Shown here piece after piece: positions 31,589 to 42,149 of a stretch of 64,000 bases of DNA. Origin of the DNA: an uncultured Acidobacteriota bacterium (GTDB lineage: Bacteria; Acidobacteriota; JAQAZP01). Each line of letters opens with the position of its first letter. Positions within the stretch are counted from its first letter, which is position 1. The notes beneath the pieces are model-generated. The model saw nothing but the letters and a program-made list of their open reading frames with translations, made no database searches and was not told where the DNA came from. The stretch covers positions 1,984,001-2,048,000 of the forward strand of contig CAWIIB010000001.1 in NCBI GenBank assembly GCA_963836075.1, given 5' to 3'. A program made the translations under genes and the position numbers.

Positions 31589-34196
31589 ATGAAACGCGAA
31601 TTCATTTTCTCTATTGCTCTTCTCCTGGCCTGCTCCACGGCCGTTGTTACGGTTCATGCCGCGGAGGATCAGGGCTCACAGCCGGTGGTCAAGCTCGACC
31701 CGCTGCTGGCCCGGATGGTTCACAGCGGCACGGTCAGCAACAGCGCGCCGCTCACCCCCGCCGGGATGGTGGTGGTGAACATCTTTCTCACCGATCAGGA
31801 GGGCGACGCGGTGAGCCGCCGGGTGCGGCAATCACACCAGGAGAAGGTGGATTCTCTGGGCAATGAGATCATGGAGCGCCGCCGCCGGCATTTCCCCCAC
31901 GATAGACTCCTCCGCGAGGCGGAAGAAAAGCTCTTCGTCCACTACTGGGGCAATTTCCGGCCGGCGGACGATCAGGAGCGGATCCGGCAGTTGAAGGTGG
32001 ATTTGGACCGGGAACTGTCCCGCATCAATGACGAGATCACCGCCGAACTGAAAACAGCCTGCGCTCCCGGCCAGGAGAAGCTGGCCGCCTTCATCCAGTC
32101 GCAGGGCGGTGTGGTGATCAACCGGTTGACGGCAATGAATATCATCACCGCGGCGGTGCCGGTGGCATCGATCCAGGCACTGGCCAATCACCCCCTGGTG
32201 CTCACCATCAGCGCCGACCATCCCGGCTCACCGGAGCTGGACAACCAGCTCACCTCCCTGGGCGCCGATGCGTTTCACGGCGACTTCCCCGCCATCAACG
32301 GCGACCCCTGGGACATCGCCTCGGTGGACACCGGCGTGGACGAGACCCACCCCGCGCTGAGTTCCCACAACTTCATCGAGTTCTACAGTTCCAACGGCTA
32401 CCATGGCACCGGCACCACCGGGATGTATGCCAGCACCGACAGCACCTACCGCGGGCTGGCCTACGGGCTGGACACCATTTTTGTCGATGATGGCGGCGCC
32501 GATTCCACCACCATGAACTCGTTCGACACCATCCTGACCTACAGCGGTGAGTCGGCGGAGGTGTTCAACTATTCGTTTGGCAACGGCACGGCCAACGACA
32601 CCGATTACAGCAATTTCGACCGCTTCTTCGACGGCGCGATCAATACCTACAACGTCATGGTGGCCAAGTCCTGCGGAAACGGATACTGGGGAACCACTAC
32701 CATCACCCACCCGGCACCGGCCTACAACCTGCTGGCTTCGGCCAATATGAACGACATGAACACCGTGACCCGTGCGGACGACGAAATCACCTCCTCCAGC
32801 AGCACCGGCCCCACCCTGGGCCAGCGGCGCAAGCCGGATATCACCGCTCCGGGCAACAATACCCACAGCCCCGATTCCGGCGGCGGCTGGCAAGACCTGG
32901 GAGGGACCAGCTCGGCGGCGCCGAAAACCGGGTCCGGGGCGCTGCTGCTCTACGATTTCGGGGTGAGCAGTTCCATGGCCGTGCGGGCGATCCTGATCAA
33001 CACCGCCGATGCCTGGACCTGCAACAACACCGAAACCACCGCTGACGACGGGCCGGTGAGCGGCGACCACTGGGACAAGCGGTTCGGCTGGGGCTATCTC
33101 GATCTGGCCGAGGCCCACTTCCATGCCGGGGATCATTTCATTGACGATGTGACGGCCGCCGGCAGCGGCGGCGACAGTTTTGATCTCTACGCCGGCTGGA
33201 TGTATGCCGACGAGAAATCGACCCTGGCCTGGAACCGCCGCGTGGGTTACAACGGGAGCAGCTACCCCACCACCTGGTATGACCTGACCAACATCGACCT
33301 CGCGCTCTACGACGAAGCGGACGGCGGGACGGACGATTCGGACCTCAATACCATCGACAACGTCCACCAGGTCTCGGCCGGCGCTGATGGGAACAAGGTG
33401 ATCAAGGTCTATTCCGCATCCACCATTGACGGGGCAGCCAGCGAGGCCTATGCCCTGGCCACCGAGGAGAACTGGGCCCTGGTCAACGGTCCCGACCTCA
33501 GCGCACTGACCCTCGACGTGCCGGCCGGTGTGGGGTTCGGCCAGTCGTTCACCGTCAGCACCACGGTGGAGAACAGCGGCGACATCTCCGGTCACAACAT
33601 CGAAGTTGAACTGACCCTGCCCGCGGGCATGACCCTGATGGCCGGGGACAACCCCCAGGCCCTGGGCAGCCTGGCCGCCTCCGCCAGTGCGGAGGCCAGT
33701 TGGACGGTTCAGGCGCCTGCCGGCCCCGAGGGCTGGTATGACTTCTCCGCCGCCTCCACCTCGAGCTCCTACGGCATCGCTCAGAGCGGGGCGGACACGG
33801 GATCCACATATGTCAGCGCATCACCCACGGGAACCATCGCGGTCGCCCTGACCACGCTTCCCTCTTCGGGCACACTCCCGTTCATCAGCAGTTTTACCGC
33901 GGAGCTGGTCAACCATGCCGGAACCTTCCGCCGGGCAGCGGCACGGATCAATGTGGTGATCGGCAACGGCTCCGTCTTCGGAAACTGGCGCGGCGGGGTG
34001 GACCAACCTCGACCCGGGCGAGACCTGGTCCACCAGCTGGAACCAGCCCTTCCCCGGGCTGGCCACCGTCGTGGGCGACAATGTCTTCACCCTCGTCGGG
34101 GAGGACGTGACCCCGTCACCCTACAACCAGCCGCCCTATCTGCCGGCCGGGGACACCGCAACCGCGGTGAGCACGGTCACCGGGATCGCCCCGTAA
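31589..34196 (+). CDS. Secreted S8 subtilase with C-terminal NQPPY domain; +1 frameshift at ~33995
   Basis: Triad VDTG / HGT / GTSSAAP, KPDITAPG; corrected frame ends TVTGIAP-TAA at 34196, followed by a terminator. Confidence 0.9.
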
Positions 34197-34221
34197 GCGC
34201 TGACCCGGCAATTGGACGAAT

Positions 34222-34250
34222 AAAAAGCCCGGGCGGAGCCCGGGCTTTTT
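34222..34250. terminator. Intrinsic terminator (bidirectional)
   Basis: AAAAAGCCCGGG-CGGAG-CCCGGGCTTTTT. Confidence 0.85.
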
Positions 34251-34502
34251 ATTTACCTCCACCTCTCTACGGTTCCAAAGCCCTCAACAGACCGTCCTCC
34301 CTACGGATAACGACTTCCGGAACAGAATCCCATCTTCTTCAAGGACGAGCTGGGCGATGATGCCGGTCGGCGAAATGCCGAGTCGGGTCATTCCCACACA
34401 CCAGTAGCATCTTGCGAGCCATCAGAGTTATATTCAGGGTAACTGATCCGATCCCGGTGGCTCGCAGCCCCATAGTCAGGCATGGCCGCCAGAGGGAATT
34501 TC

Positions 34503-34880
34503 ATGCCGACCCTGCTCATCTCGTCATTCACGCTGATCACCCTGGCCCTGTTTTTCTACTCCCTCGGGGTCTGGGCCGAACGGATCGCCCTTTATCTCAA
34601 ACCCTGGCACGTGGCCGCCTTCTGGACCGGCCTGGCCTTTGACATCTCGGGCACCCTGGCCATGCACGCCCTGGCCCGGGGGAAGTTCGACATCCTCGAA
34701 CCGCACACCCTCACCGGACAGATCGCGCTCTGGCTGATGCTGATCCACGCGGTCTGGGCCACCCGGGTGGCAAGGAGAGGTACCGAGCAGGCCCGGTCCA
34801 ACTTCCACCGCTACAGCCTGATCGTCTGGCTGGTCTGGCTGGTGCCCTATTTCGGGGGGATGTATCTGGGAATGAGCTGA
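34503..34880 (+). CDS. Small membrane protein, TIGR03987/HsmA-like
   Basis: YSLGVWAE, LKPWH, FDISGT, HTLTG, MLIHAVWAT, WLVPY. Confidence 0.75.
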   Translation: MPTLLISSFTLITLALFFYSLGVWAERIALYLKPWHVAAFWTGLAFDISGTLAMHALARGKFDILEPHTLTGQIALWLMLIHAVWATRVARRGTEQARSNFHRYSLIVWLVWLVPYFGGMYLGMS

Positions 34881-34906
34881 GCACGGTAATAACGGAAACC
34901 GGAACC

Positions 34907-35653
34907 ATGACAGAACTGAACAAACCAAAAAAAGAACCGATGACCTTCACCAGGAACCAGGCGAAGCTGCTGGGCGTGATCTCATGGATGCCCTGCTGCT
35001 GGACGGTACTGTTCATGATCCTGATGGTTACCGCCGGAAAATGGGAACTGGGTCAGAAGATAATGGCCGGCAGTTTTGTCATTACTTTTATTGGTGTCAA
35101 TATCATTACCCTGGCCCTGATCGTTTACTACATCGTCCTGATCAGCCGGGAGGCGGACCTGACCAGCAACCAGAAATACAGCTGGGGCTGGATGATCTTC
35201 CTCTTTCACGCCATGGCCTTTCCTTTTGTCTGGCACAAGTTTGTCTGGTCGCGAGTGAACCAGCCCCACCGGACGGTGGAGGCGGCGAGACCAGAAACCG
35301 CAGCATCCTCCAGCCGCCGACGGGTGGTGTGGCTGGGGCTGCTTTCATGGGCTCCACTCCTCTGGATCATCCTGCTCATCGCGACAGTAGTCGTGATCGG
35401 CACGACGGGCGGGTCGCCGAGGGAGGTGCTCCCCTTCCTGATGGCCACGGTGGTCGGCCTCAATGTCCTCACCATCTCGCTGGTGGTCTATTCCTGCACC
35501 CTGATCAACAAGGCTGACCTGACCAGCGAAAAAAAACACAACTGGTATTGGACCATATTCCTGCTGAACATATTTGTCTTCCCGGTGGTCTGGTATAAAT
35601 TTGCCAGGAAGCAGGCGGGCCAGCCCGGAAAGCCGCCTTCCGTTGTAGAATGA
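34907..35653 (+). CDS. Membrane protein with internal duplication
   Basis: Two copies of LGxxSWxP..W ... ADLTSxxK..W.W.IF ... FPxVWxKF. Confidence 0.7.
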   Translation: MTELNKPKKEPMTFTRNQAKLLGVISWMPCCWTVLFMILMVTAGKWELGQKIMAGSFVITFIGVNIITLALIVYYIVLISREADLTSNQKYSWGWMIFLFHAMAFPFVWHKFVWSRVNQPHRTVEAARPETAASSSRRRVVWLGLLSWAPLLWIILLIATVVVIGTTGGSPREVLPFLMATVVGLNVLTISLVVYSCTLINKADLTSEKKHNWYWTIFLLNIFVFPVVWYKFARKQAGQPGKPPSVVE

Positions 35654-35690
35654 CCACAGGAACTCTGAACATATTTCGGAGCATAAACCG

Positions 35691-35981
35691 ATGGAGAACA
35701 CACCATTCAAGTGCCACGTCTTTATCTGCGTCAACGACCGGCAGGGCGAACGCAGATCCTGCGCCGACGATAGCGGTATGGAGATCAAGGCCCGGATCAA
35801 GGACGCGGTGAAGGCCCGGGGCTGGTTCGTGCCCCAGGTGCGGGTCTCGCAAAGCGGCTGTCTGGGTCTTTGCGGGAAGGGCCCCAACGTGATGATCTAC
35901 CCCCAGGAAATCCTCTTTTGCGGGGTGACCCTCGACGACGTGGAGCGGATCGTCGACAAGATCGGAAACTGTCTTCAATGA
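35691..35981 (+). CDS. Thioredoxin-like [2Fe-2S] ferredoxin
   Basis: HVFICVN...SC, SGCLGLC..GPNVMIYP. Confidence 0.9.
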   Translation: MENTPFKCHVFICVNDRQGERRSCADDSGMEIKARIKDAVKARGWFVPQVRVSQSGCLGLCGKGPNVMIYPQEILFCGVTLDDVERIVDKIGNCLQ

Positions 35982-37102
35982 AACTCGAGAACTTCCGGCT
36001 GGAACGTTATCTCGCCGAACACGAGTTCAGCGCACCCTACGTCCTCTGTGCCTCGGACTGCGAGAGTCTCGAACTGGGCGAGCTGCTGGCGCTGGAGCCG
36101 GGTACCGGCGACCGATTCCTGAAGCTCAGGCTGGGATATACCGAGTCCCTGGGCGACCCCGACCTCCGGCAGGCCATCACCACTCTCTACGAGGGGGTCC
36201 GGCCGGACCAGGTCCTGGTGCACAGCGGCGCCGAGGAAGCGATCTTCAATTTCATGAACGTGGCCCTCGAACCGAGGGATCACGTGGTGGTCCACTCTCC
36301 GTACTACCAGTCACTGGGTGAGGTGGCGCGGGGCATCGGCGCCGAGGTGACCCACTGGCAGGGCGACCCCCGCAATGGCTGGGCGCTCGACCTGGGTCAA
36401 CTGGAACGCTACCTCACCGGACGCACCCGGGTGGTGGTGCTCAACGTCCCCCACAATCCCACCGGGTTCCTGCCCGATGAGGCGTTTCTCCGCGAACTAT
36501 CGGCACTCTCCGATCGACATGGTTTCCTTCTCTTTTCCGACGAGGTTTACCGCGGCCTGGAGCACGAACCCGGCGACCTACTGCCCTCCATGACCGATCT
36601 CAACGAACGTGCCGTGTCGCTGGGTGTGATGTCGAAAACCTACGGCCTGGCCGGCCTGCGCATCGGCTGGATCGCCACCCGCAACGTACCGCTCTACCGG
36701 TCGCTGGCCGCCTTCAAGGACTACACCACCATCTGCAGCAGCGGCCCCAGCGAGTTCCTCGCCGACCTGGCCCTGCGGCACCGCGGGCCGATCGTGGAGC
36801 GCAACCTGGGCATTATCCGCGCCAACCTCGACCTGCTGGACGACTTCTTCGGTTCCTATCCTGACCTGTTCCGCTGGTCCCGGCCCCGCGCCGGGTCCAT
36901 CGCCTTCCCCGGATTACTCTGCGGATCAGTGGATCAGTTTTGTGCTGATCTCCTGCAGCAGGCCGGTGTCCTGCTGATTCCGGGAACCGTGTACAGGCCG
37001 GAGTTCAACGCCTTTCGCATCGGCTTCGGCCGCGCCGACCTGCCCACAGGGCTGGAGCGGTTCGAAGGTTTTATTCAGCAACTGGTTAAGAGTAACTTAT
37101 GA
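35978..37102 (+). CDS. Class I/II PLP-dependent aminotransferase
   Basis: PHNPTG, DEVY, SKTYGLAGLRIGW, FRIGFG. Confidence 0.92.
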   Translation: MKLENFRLERYLAEHEFSAPYVLCASDCESLELGELLALEPGTGDRFLKLRLGYTESLGDPDLRQAITTLYEGVRPDQVLVHSGAEEAIFNFMNVALEPRDHVVVHSPYYQSLGEVARGIGAEVTHWQGDPRNGWALDLGQLERYLTGRTRVVVLNVPHNPTGFLPDEAFLRELSALSDRHGFLLFSDEVYRGLEHEPGDLLPSMTDLNERAVSLGVMSKTYGLAGLRIGWIATRNVPLYRSLAAFKDYTTICSSGPSEFLADLALRHRGPIVERNLGIIRANLDLLDDFFGSYPDLFRWSRPRAGSIAFPGLLCGSVDQFCADLLQQAGVLLIPGTVYRPEFNAFRIGFGRADLPTGLERFEGFIQQLVKSNL

Positions 37103-38109
37103 ATTTATGTATGTCCCCGATCCTGCTCGCTCTCCTGCTCGGTGCGGCCACGGGTGCGGCCGCCGGCGGTGAATCAATTGCCGTCAATGGCATCTCCTGG
37201 CCCCTCTATCCCACCGTGCTCGACAGGAGGCCGACCTTCCCCTCCCCGTTCACCGCCGAGGACGGCACGGTAGTGGTGCTCGGATACCGGAAAGCGGACC
37301 GTACTTCGTCGGTCATCCCGGTGACGGTGGAGAACGGCGCCCCGCGGAACTACCGGAAAGGCCTGTTCGGCAAGGGCAGCCAGCTGGAGGTGGACGGGGC
37401 GGACTTCCCCACCCTGGCCCGCACCGGGCTGCACTCGGAGGAGGAGTTGTCGAAAACGGGGACCATCACCGGCCTCACCGTGAAGGAGATCACTGCACGG
37501 GGCCGGCCGAGACAGTTCTCCCGAGCCGGTTTCATGGGATCCGGTGAAGACATCATCGGCGTGCTGACCCGCGACAACCGGCTGGTCCGGGCCATGGGTC
37601 TGACCCATCCGGAGCTGGCAAGGGAGCTGTTCCAACTGTGGAATATCGTGTTGCTCCACGACCGGCAGATGCGTGCAGAGGGACGGCCCCTGCGCCGCAT
37701 CGACAGTTTCCGCTGCCGCGGGCGGACCGTCCGCATCCTCGAAGCGTCCAGCGGCAAGGGCTGGCAGGAGTCGATCTTCGACGACGGCATCCTCGGCATG
37801 TACCAGCTGGAGTTCAGACGGGACCTCGACTCCGGGGAACAGGCGTACCTCAACGAGAAATACGGTTACCTGGACAAGACCCGGATGGCCCGGCTGGTGG
37901 ACAGGCTGACCCGCATCCACACCGGCGAGATGGTGCCCTACTACATCCAGCGATACGGATTCTACGAGGGTGACACCATGTTCCGCGCCGATCCGCTGAC
38001 CCTGGCCCTTATCTTCGGCCTGCGCAGTCTCGAAGAACTGGATACCGCCTTCAAGGGGAAACTGTACGAGGTGCTCACCGGTAATGCCGCAAGACCCGGT
38101 TCCATGTAG
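37099..38109 (+). CDS. Secreted hypothetical protein
   Basis: Signal peptide; overlaps upstream stop; coding-like codon bias. Confidence 0.7.
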   Translation: MNLCMSPILLALLLGAATGAAAGGESIAVNGISWPLYPTVLDRRPTFPSPFTAEDGTVVVLGYRKADRTSSVIPVTVENGAPRNYRKGLFGKGSQLEVDGADFPTLARTGLHSEEELSKTGTITGLTVKEITARGRPRQFSRAGFMGSGEDIIGVLTRDNRLVRAMGLTHPELARELFQLWNIVLLHDRQMRAEGRPLRRIDSFRCRGRTVRILEASSGKGWQESIFDDGILGMYQLEFRRDLDSGEQAYLNEKYGYLDKTRMARLVDRLTRIHTGEMVPYYIQRYGFYEGDTMFRADPLTLALIFGLRSLEELDTAFKGKLYEVLTGNAARPGSM

Positions 38110-38135
38110 AATAGGGACACAAAGGGAGGTGAACC

Positions 38136-38546
38136 ATGCAGCCTCGAGAACTGCTGCGCATGAGCTACCGGGTGGGGATCATGGCCGACGCGCTGGCGGC
38201 GATGATGATGCTCAGCCAGGCGATCTTCGGCCAGCAGAGCCCGCTGACCCACTACACGCCGGAACTGCCCTACCGCTACGCCATGGGGATGGGCGGTTCG
38301 CTGATGGTGGGCTGGACCCTGTTGCTGATCTGGGCCGACCGGGACCCGGTGGCGCGCCGCGGTGTGCTGCCGATCACCGTGATAGTGATCCTGGGGATGC
38401 TGGCCAGCGGGCTGACCGCCTCACTGGCCGGGTTCACCAAGCTCTCTTCGCTGTTGCCGCTGCTCCTGATCGAATGCGCCCTGATGGTTCTGTTCAGCGT
38501 CAGTTACCTCCTGTCCCGATTCCATGACGGCGAGGACAACGGCTGA
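38136..38546 (+). CDS. Small membrane protein
   Basis: GGAGG RBS; four hydrophobic segments; GWTLLLIWADRDP. Confidence 0.7.
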   Translation: MQPRELLRMSYRVGIMADALAAMMMLSQAIFGQQSPLTHYTPELPYRYAMGMGGSLMVGWTLLLIWADRDPVARRGVLPITVIVILGMLASGLTASLAGFTKLSSLLPLLLIECALMVLFSVSYLLSRFHDGEDNG

Positions 38547-38575
38547 CGTCCCTCTGATCCCTGCAGGAGTGCCGA

Positions 38576-39904
38576 ATGACGCTGCCCTACAAACGTCTCT
38601 TCTTCTGGTCGCTCAGTTCCTCCCTTGCCGGTTTTCTCTTCGGTTTCGACACGGTGGTCATCTCCGGCGCCGAGCAGCGAATCCAGGTCCTGTGGGGTCT
38701 GGGCAGCGGCCAGCACGGCCTGGCGGTGAGCATGGCCCTCTGGGGCACGGTGATCGGTGCGCTGGGCGGCGGCTGGCCCAGCGAGCGTTTCGGCAGAAAA
38801 ACCACCCTGCTCTGGATCGGCATCCTCTACCTGGTCTCCGCGGTGGGCTCGGCCCTGGCACCGGATGTCTACACCTTCATGATCGCCCGCTTCATCGGCG
38901 GCCTGGGGGTGGGCATCTCCACCGTCGCGGCTCCGCTGTTCATCGCCGAGATCTCTCCGGCACGCTACCGCGGGCGGCTGGTGGGCCTGTTCCAGTTCAA
39001 CATCGTTTTCGGAATCCTCGTCGCCTTCCTCTCCAATGCGCTGCTTGCCGGTTTCGGCGAACATGCCTGGCGCTGGATGCTGGGGGTGGAGGCGATCCCG
39101 GCCCTGGTCTTTGCCCTGCTCTGCCTCGGCCTGCCGGAAAGCCCCCGCTGGCTGATCCTGCACAACCGCCGGGAGGAGGGAGTCGACGTCTTTCGCCGCA
39201 TCGACCCGCAGCTCAGCGAGGAGGAACTCTGTGCCCGGGCAAACCGAATCGCCACCGGCGCCGGCGACAGGACGGAGAAACGCCGCTTCTGGTCCGCCCG
39301 GCTGCGCTACCCGATCATGCTGGCGATCCTGGTGGCCTTCTTCAACCAGCTCTCGGGGATCAACGCCGTGCTCTACTTCGCCCCGCGGATCTTCGAATTC
39401 ACCGGCCTCGGTGAACGGGCGGCCCTGCTGCAGTCGGTGGGCATCGGCGTCACCAACCTGGTGTTCACCTTCGTGGGGCTCTACCTCATCGACCGCATGG
39501 GCCGGCGGACCCTGCTCTACATCGGCTCGGTGGGCTACATCCTCTCCCTCGGCCTCTGCGCCTGGGGCTTCTCTTCCGAAAACTTCGGCATCGTCCCGTT
39601 CTGTATCTTTGCCTTCATCGCCTCCCATGCCGTGGGCCAGGGCGCGGTGATCTGGGTTTTCATCGGCGAGATTTTCCCCAACCGCGACCGCTCCGCGGGC
39701 CAGGCCCTGGGCTGCGGCACCCACTGGGTTTTTGCCGCGCTGCTGACCCTGGTCTTTCCCCGAATGGCTGAAACCTTTGCACCGGGATACATCTTCTCCT
39801 TCTTCTGTCTGATGATGGTGCTGCAGCTGATCTGGGTCAAGGTGATGGTCCCCGAAACCCGGGGCGTGCCGCTGGAGGAGATGCAGAAGACGTGGGGGAA
39901 ATAG
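38576..39904 (+). CDS. Sugar porter family MFS transporter
   Basis: LFGFDTVVISG, ERFGRK, EISPARYRG, PESPRWL, QLSGIN, PETRG. Confidence 0.95.
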   Translation: MTLPYKRLFFWSLSSSLAGFLFGFDTVVISGAEQRIQVLWGLGSGQHGLAVSMALWGTVIGALGGGWPSERFGRKTTLLWIGILYLVSAVGSALAPDVYTFMIARFIGGLGVGISTVAAPLFIAEISPARYRGRLVGLFQFNIVFGILVAFLSNALLAGFGEHAWRWMLGVEAIPALVFALLCLGLPESPRWLILHNRREEGVDVFRRIDPQLSEEELCARANRIATGAGDRTEKRRFWSARLRYPIMLAILVAFFNQLSGINAVLYFAPRIFEFTGLGERAALLQSVGIGVTNLVFTFVGLYLIDRMGRRTLLYIGSVGYILSLGLCAWGFSSENFGIVPFCIFAFIASHAVGQGAVIWVFIGEIFPNRDRSAGQALGCGTHWVFAALLTLVFPRMAETFAPGYIFSFFCLMMVLQLIWVKVMVPETRGVPLEEMQKTWGK

Positions 39905-39989
39905 CGGGCCGGCAAACAAGATGCGGCCGGTGATCGTAAGCAATGATGAAAGACTGAGTGACAACAGTGGAAGCGGAAGGAGAAAACCA

Positions 39990-40190
39990 ATGAGCACGAG
40001 TGGTAAACTGGTCCGGTCCAGAGACCGGTGGCTGGGCGGTGTCTGCGGAGGAATTGCCGACTGGCTCGGCTGGTCGCCGACCATGGTGAGGGTCCTCTAC
40101 ATCCTCGTTTCGATAGCCAGCGTCGCTTTCCCCGGTATCCTGGCCTACCTGATCCTCTGGTTCGTCATGCCGGGGCCCGGATCGGATTGA
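39990..40190 (+). CDS. PspC-domain protein
   Basis: LVRSRDRWLGGVCGGIA...YLILWFVMP; GGAG RBS. Confidence 0.88.
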   Translation: MSTSGKLVRSRDRWLGGVCGGIADWLGWSPTMVRVLYILVSIASVAFPGILAYLILWFVMPGPGSD

Positions 40191-40228
40191 GCAACCGGAA
40201 ACGACAAGCACCACCGGAGACGAGCACC

Positions 40229-40786
40229 ATGAAACCGCGCCACCTTGTCCTCACCCTGCTGCTGCTGGGCCTCGTCTCCGCTGCGGCCGGGGCAATCGAC
40301 CTGCCCACGCCGCCGGCGGGTTACAACTGGAAGCATCTCGATGAAATCCATGCGGCATTTCTCGTTCCTGTCTCCTGGCACTTCAAGGAAACACGGGTCA
40401 AGGAAACCCTGGCCTACTTCGTGACCCGGGAAAACATCGACGAGAAAGGAAGCTTCGAAACCGGCCTGACGATCAACGTCCTGCGCAAGGGCAAGGGTTT
40501 CGACGCGGTGGGCTACGCCGGGGCGTTCATTCTGGACATGGTCAAGGACAAGGACGTGCTGGAAGAGCCGTTCGAAGCCGGCGGCGGCAAACTGAAAGGG
40601 TACGGCTGCCGGGTGCGGGTGACCGGTGAGAGCGGACCATTGTTGATGCAGTACCTGGTGATCGGCAACGCGGAGACGGGGACGCTCTACGTGATGTATT
40701 TCGAGACCCCGGAACCGGAGTGGGAAAAAATCTGGGCCATCGCCGAACCGATCCTCACCCTGTTCGTGCTGGGAGACGACACCTGA
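40229..40786 (+). CDS. Secreted hypothetical protein
   Basis: Signal peptide MKPRHLVLTLLLLGLVSAAAGA. Confidence 0.7.
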   Translation: MKPRHLVLTLLLLGLVSAAAGAIDLPTPPAGYNWKHLDEIHAAFLVPVSWHFKETRVKETLAYFVTRENIDEKGSFETGLTINVLRKGKGFDAVGYAGAFILDMVKDKDVLEEPFEAGGGKLKGYGCRVRVTGESGPLLMQYLVIGNAETGTLYVMYFETPEPEWEKIWAIAEPILTLFVLGDDT

Positions 40787-40793
40787 GGCCCCG

Positions 40794-41771
40794 ATGAAAT
40801 ACCGCCGGTCTATCATCAAGATCTTCATCGGTGTCATCGGTGGGATCTTTCTGCTCCTCGGGTTCTTCGTCGGCCTGGTCCGGCAGCCCATGGCCGCCGT
40901 GGACCGCAACGGTTTCCAGGGGCTGGCCAGCGCAGCACGGATCGAGGAAGACCTGCGCTTCATCGTCGAGAGCTGCTTCCCGCGGGATGCCGGGAACCCG
41001 GACAACCTGCTGACCGCGGCCGTCTATATCCGGGCCGGGTTCGAGGAGGCCGGCCTGGAGGCCCGCTTCCAGGAATACGAGGCCGACGGCCAGACATACC
41101 GCAACGTGGTGGGAACCCTGGGGCCGCGCAGCGGAACCGTGTATGTCCTCGGTGCGCACTATGACGCCTACATGGAACGGCCCGGGGCCGACGACAACGC
41201 CAGCGGCACGGCGGTATTGATGGAGATCGCCCGCCTGCTGGGTGATCGTGACGACCTGCAGGCGCAGATAGTTTTTGTCGCCTTCTGCACCGAGGAGCCG
41301 CCCTATTTTGCTTCGACGAACATGGGCAGCTACGTCCACGCCCACCAGCTGGCCGCGGGCCCGGACCGGGTGGCCGGCATGATCTGCCTGGAAATGCTCG
41401 GCTACTACACCGAGGAGCAGCCCTGGCCGATGTGGCTTCTCGACCTGGCCTACACCGATCGTGGCGACTTCATCGCCGTGACCGGCCGCTGGTCGGACCG
41501 GATCCTGGCCCGGGAAGTGCGTTCCTGGATCGACGGCACCGCGGGAATCGACGCCGTCTCCTACAATGGGCCCGACCCGGGCGGGCTCAGCTATTCGGAC
41601 CACCGCAACTACTGGGCTGAAGGAATCTCCGCGGTGATGATCACCGACACCGCCTTCATCAGAAACCCCCACTACCACACCGCGGAAGACACGCCCGACA
41701 CGCTGGACTACGGGAAAATGGCATCGATCGCCGAAGGAGTGGCCGGCTTCCTCCACTCCCGGGGGTCGTGA
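40794..41771 (+). CDS. Membrane-anchored M28 peptidase
   Basis: GAHYD, GADDNASG, EEPP, SDH, YHTAED; N-terminal TM. Confidence 0.9.
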   Translation: MKYRRSIIKIFIGVIGGIFLLLGFFVGLVRQPMAAVDRNGFQGLASAARIEEDLRFIVESCFPRDAGNPDNLLTAAVYIRAGFEEAGLEARFQEYEADGQTYRNVVGTLGPRSGTVYVLGAHYDAYMERPGADDNASGTAVLMEIARLLGDRDDLQAQIVFVAFCTEEPPYFASTNMGSYVHAHQLAAGPDRVAGMICLEMLGYYTEEQPWPMWLLDLAYTDRGDFIAVTGRWSDRILAREVRSWIDGTAGIDAVSYNGPDPGGLSYSDHRNYWAEGISAVMITDTAFIRNPHYHTAEDTPDTLDYGKMASIAEGVAGFLHSRGS

Positions 41772-41795
41772 CCGTCTGAAAAAAGGAGAGACCGG

Positions 41796-42116
41796 ATGAG
41801 CACCAAGGAAATGCCCAACCACTACGAATCGCTGAAACAGCGTTTCCCAAAAACCATGGCCGCCATTGAAAACCTCGGATCCACCGTGCGCGATGAGGGG
41901 CCGCTGGAGAAGAAGGTGGGCCACCTGGTGAAGCTGGCCGCGGCGGCGGTCTCCAGCTCCGAAGGGGCGGTGCACAGCCACACCCGCCGGGCGCTGGCCG
42001 CCGGCGCCACCCCGGACGAGGTCTACCACGCGCTGTTGATCCTGGTGTCCACGGTGGGATTCCCCAGGGTGGCCGCGGCCATCAGTTGGGCCGACGACGT
42101 GATCAAGGATAAGTAA
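41796..42116 (+). CDS. Carboxymuconolactone decarboxylase family protein
   Basis: GPLEKK, GAVHSHTRRALAAGAT, TVGFP. Confidence 0.88.
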   Translation: MSTKEMPNHYESLKQRFPKTMAAIENLGSTVRDEGPLEKKVGHLVKLAAAAVSSSEGAVHSHTRRALAAGATPDEVYHALLILVSTVGFPRVAAAISWADDVIKDK

Positions 42117-42149
42117 GCGGAGCGCACGTCATCACAACGGAGGTTGATC

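Noticed and set aside
34197-34360. Extended S8 C-terminus in the ORF track (and 49807-49832 for the beta-helix gene)
   Set aside because: Frameshift artefacts; the corrected frame matches the shared domain and a terminator follows 34196
34285-34392. 35-codon minus-strand ORF MTRLGISPTGIIAQLVLEED...
   Set aside because: Too short, no clear RBS or motif
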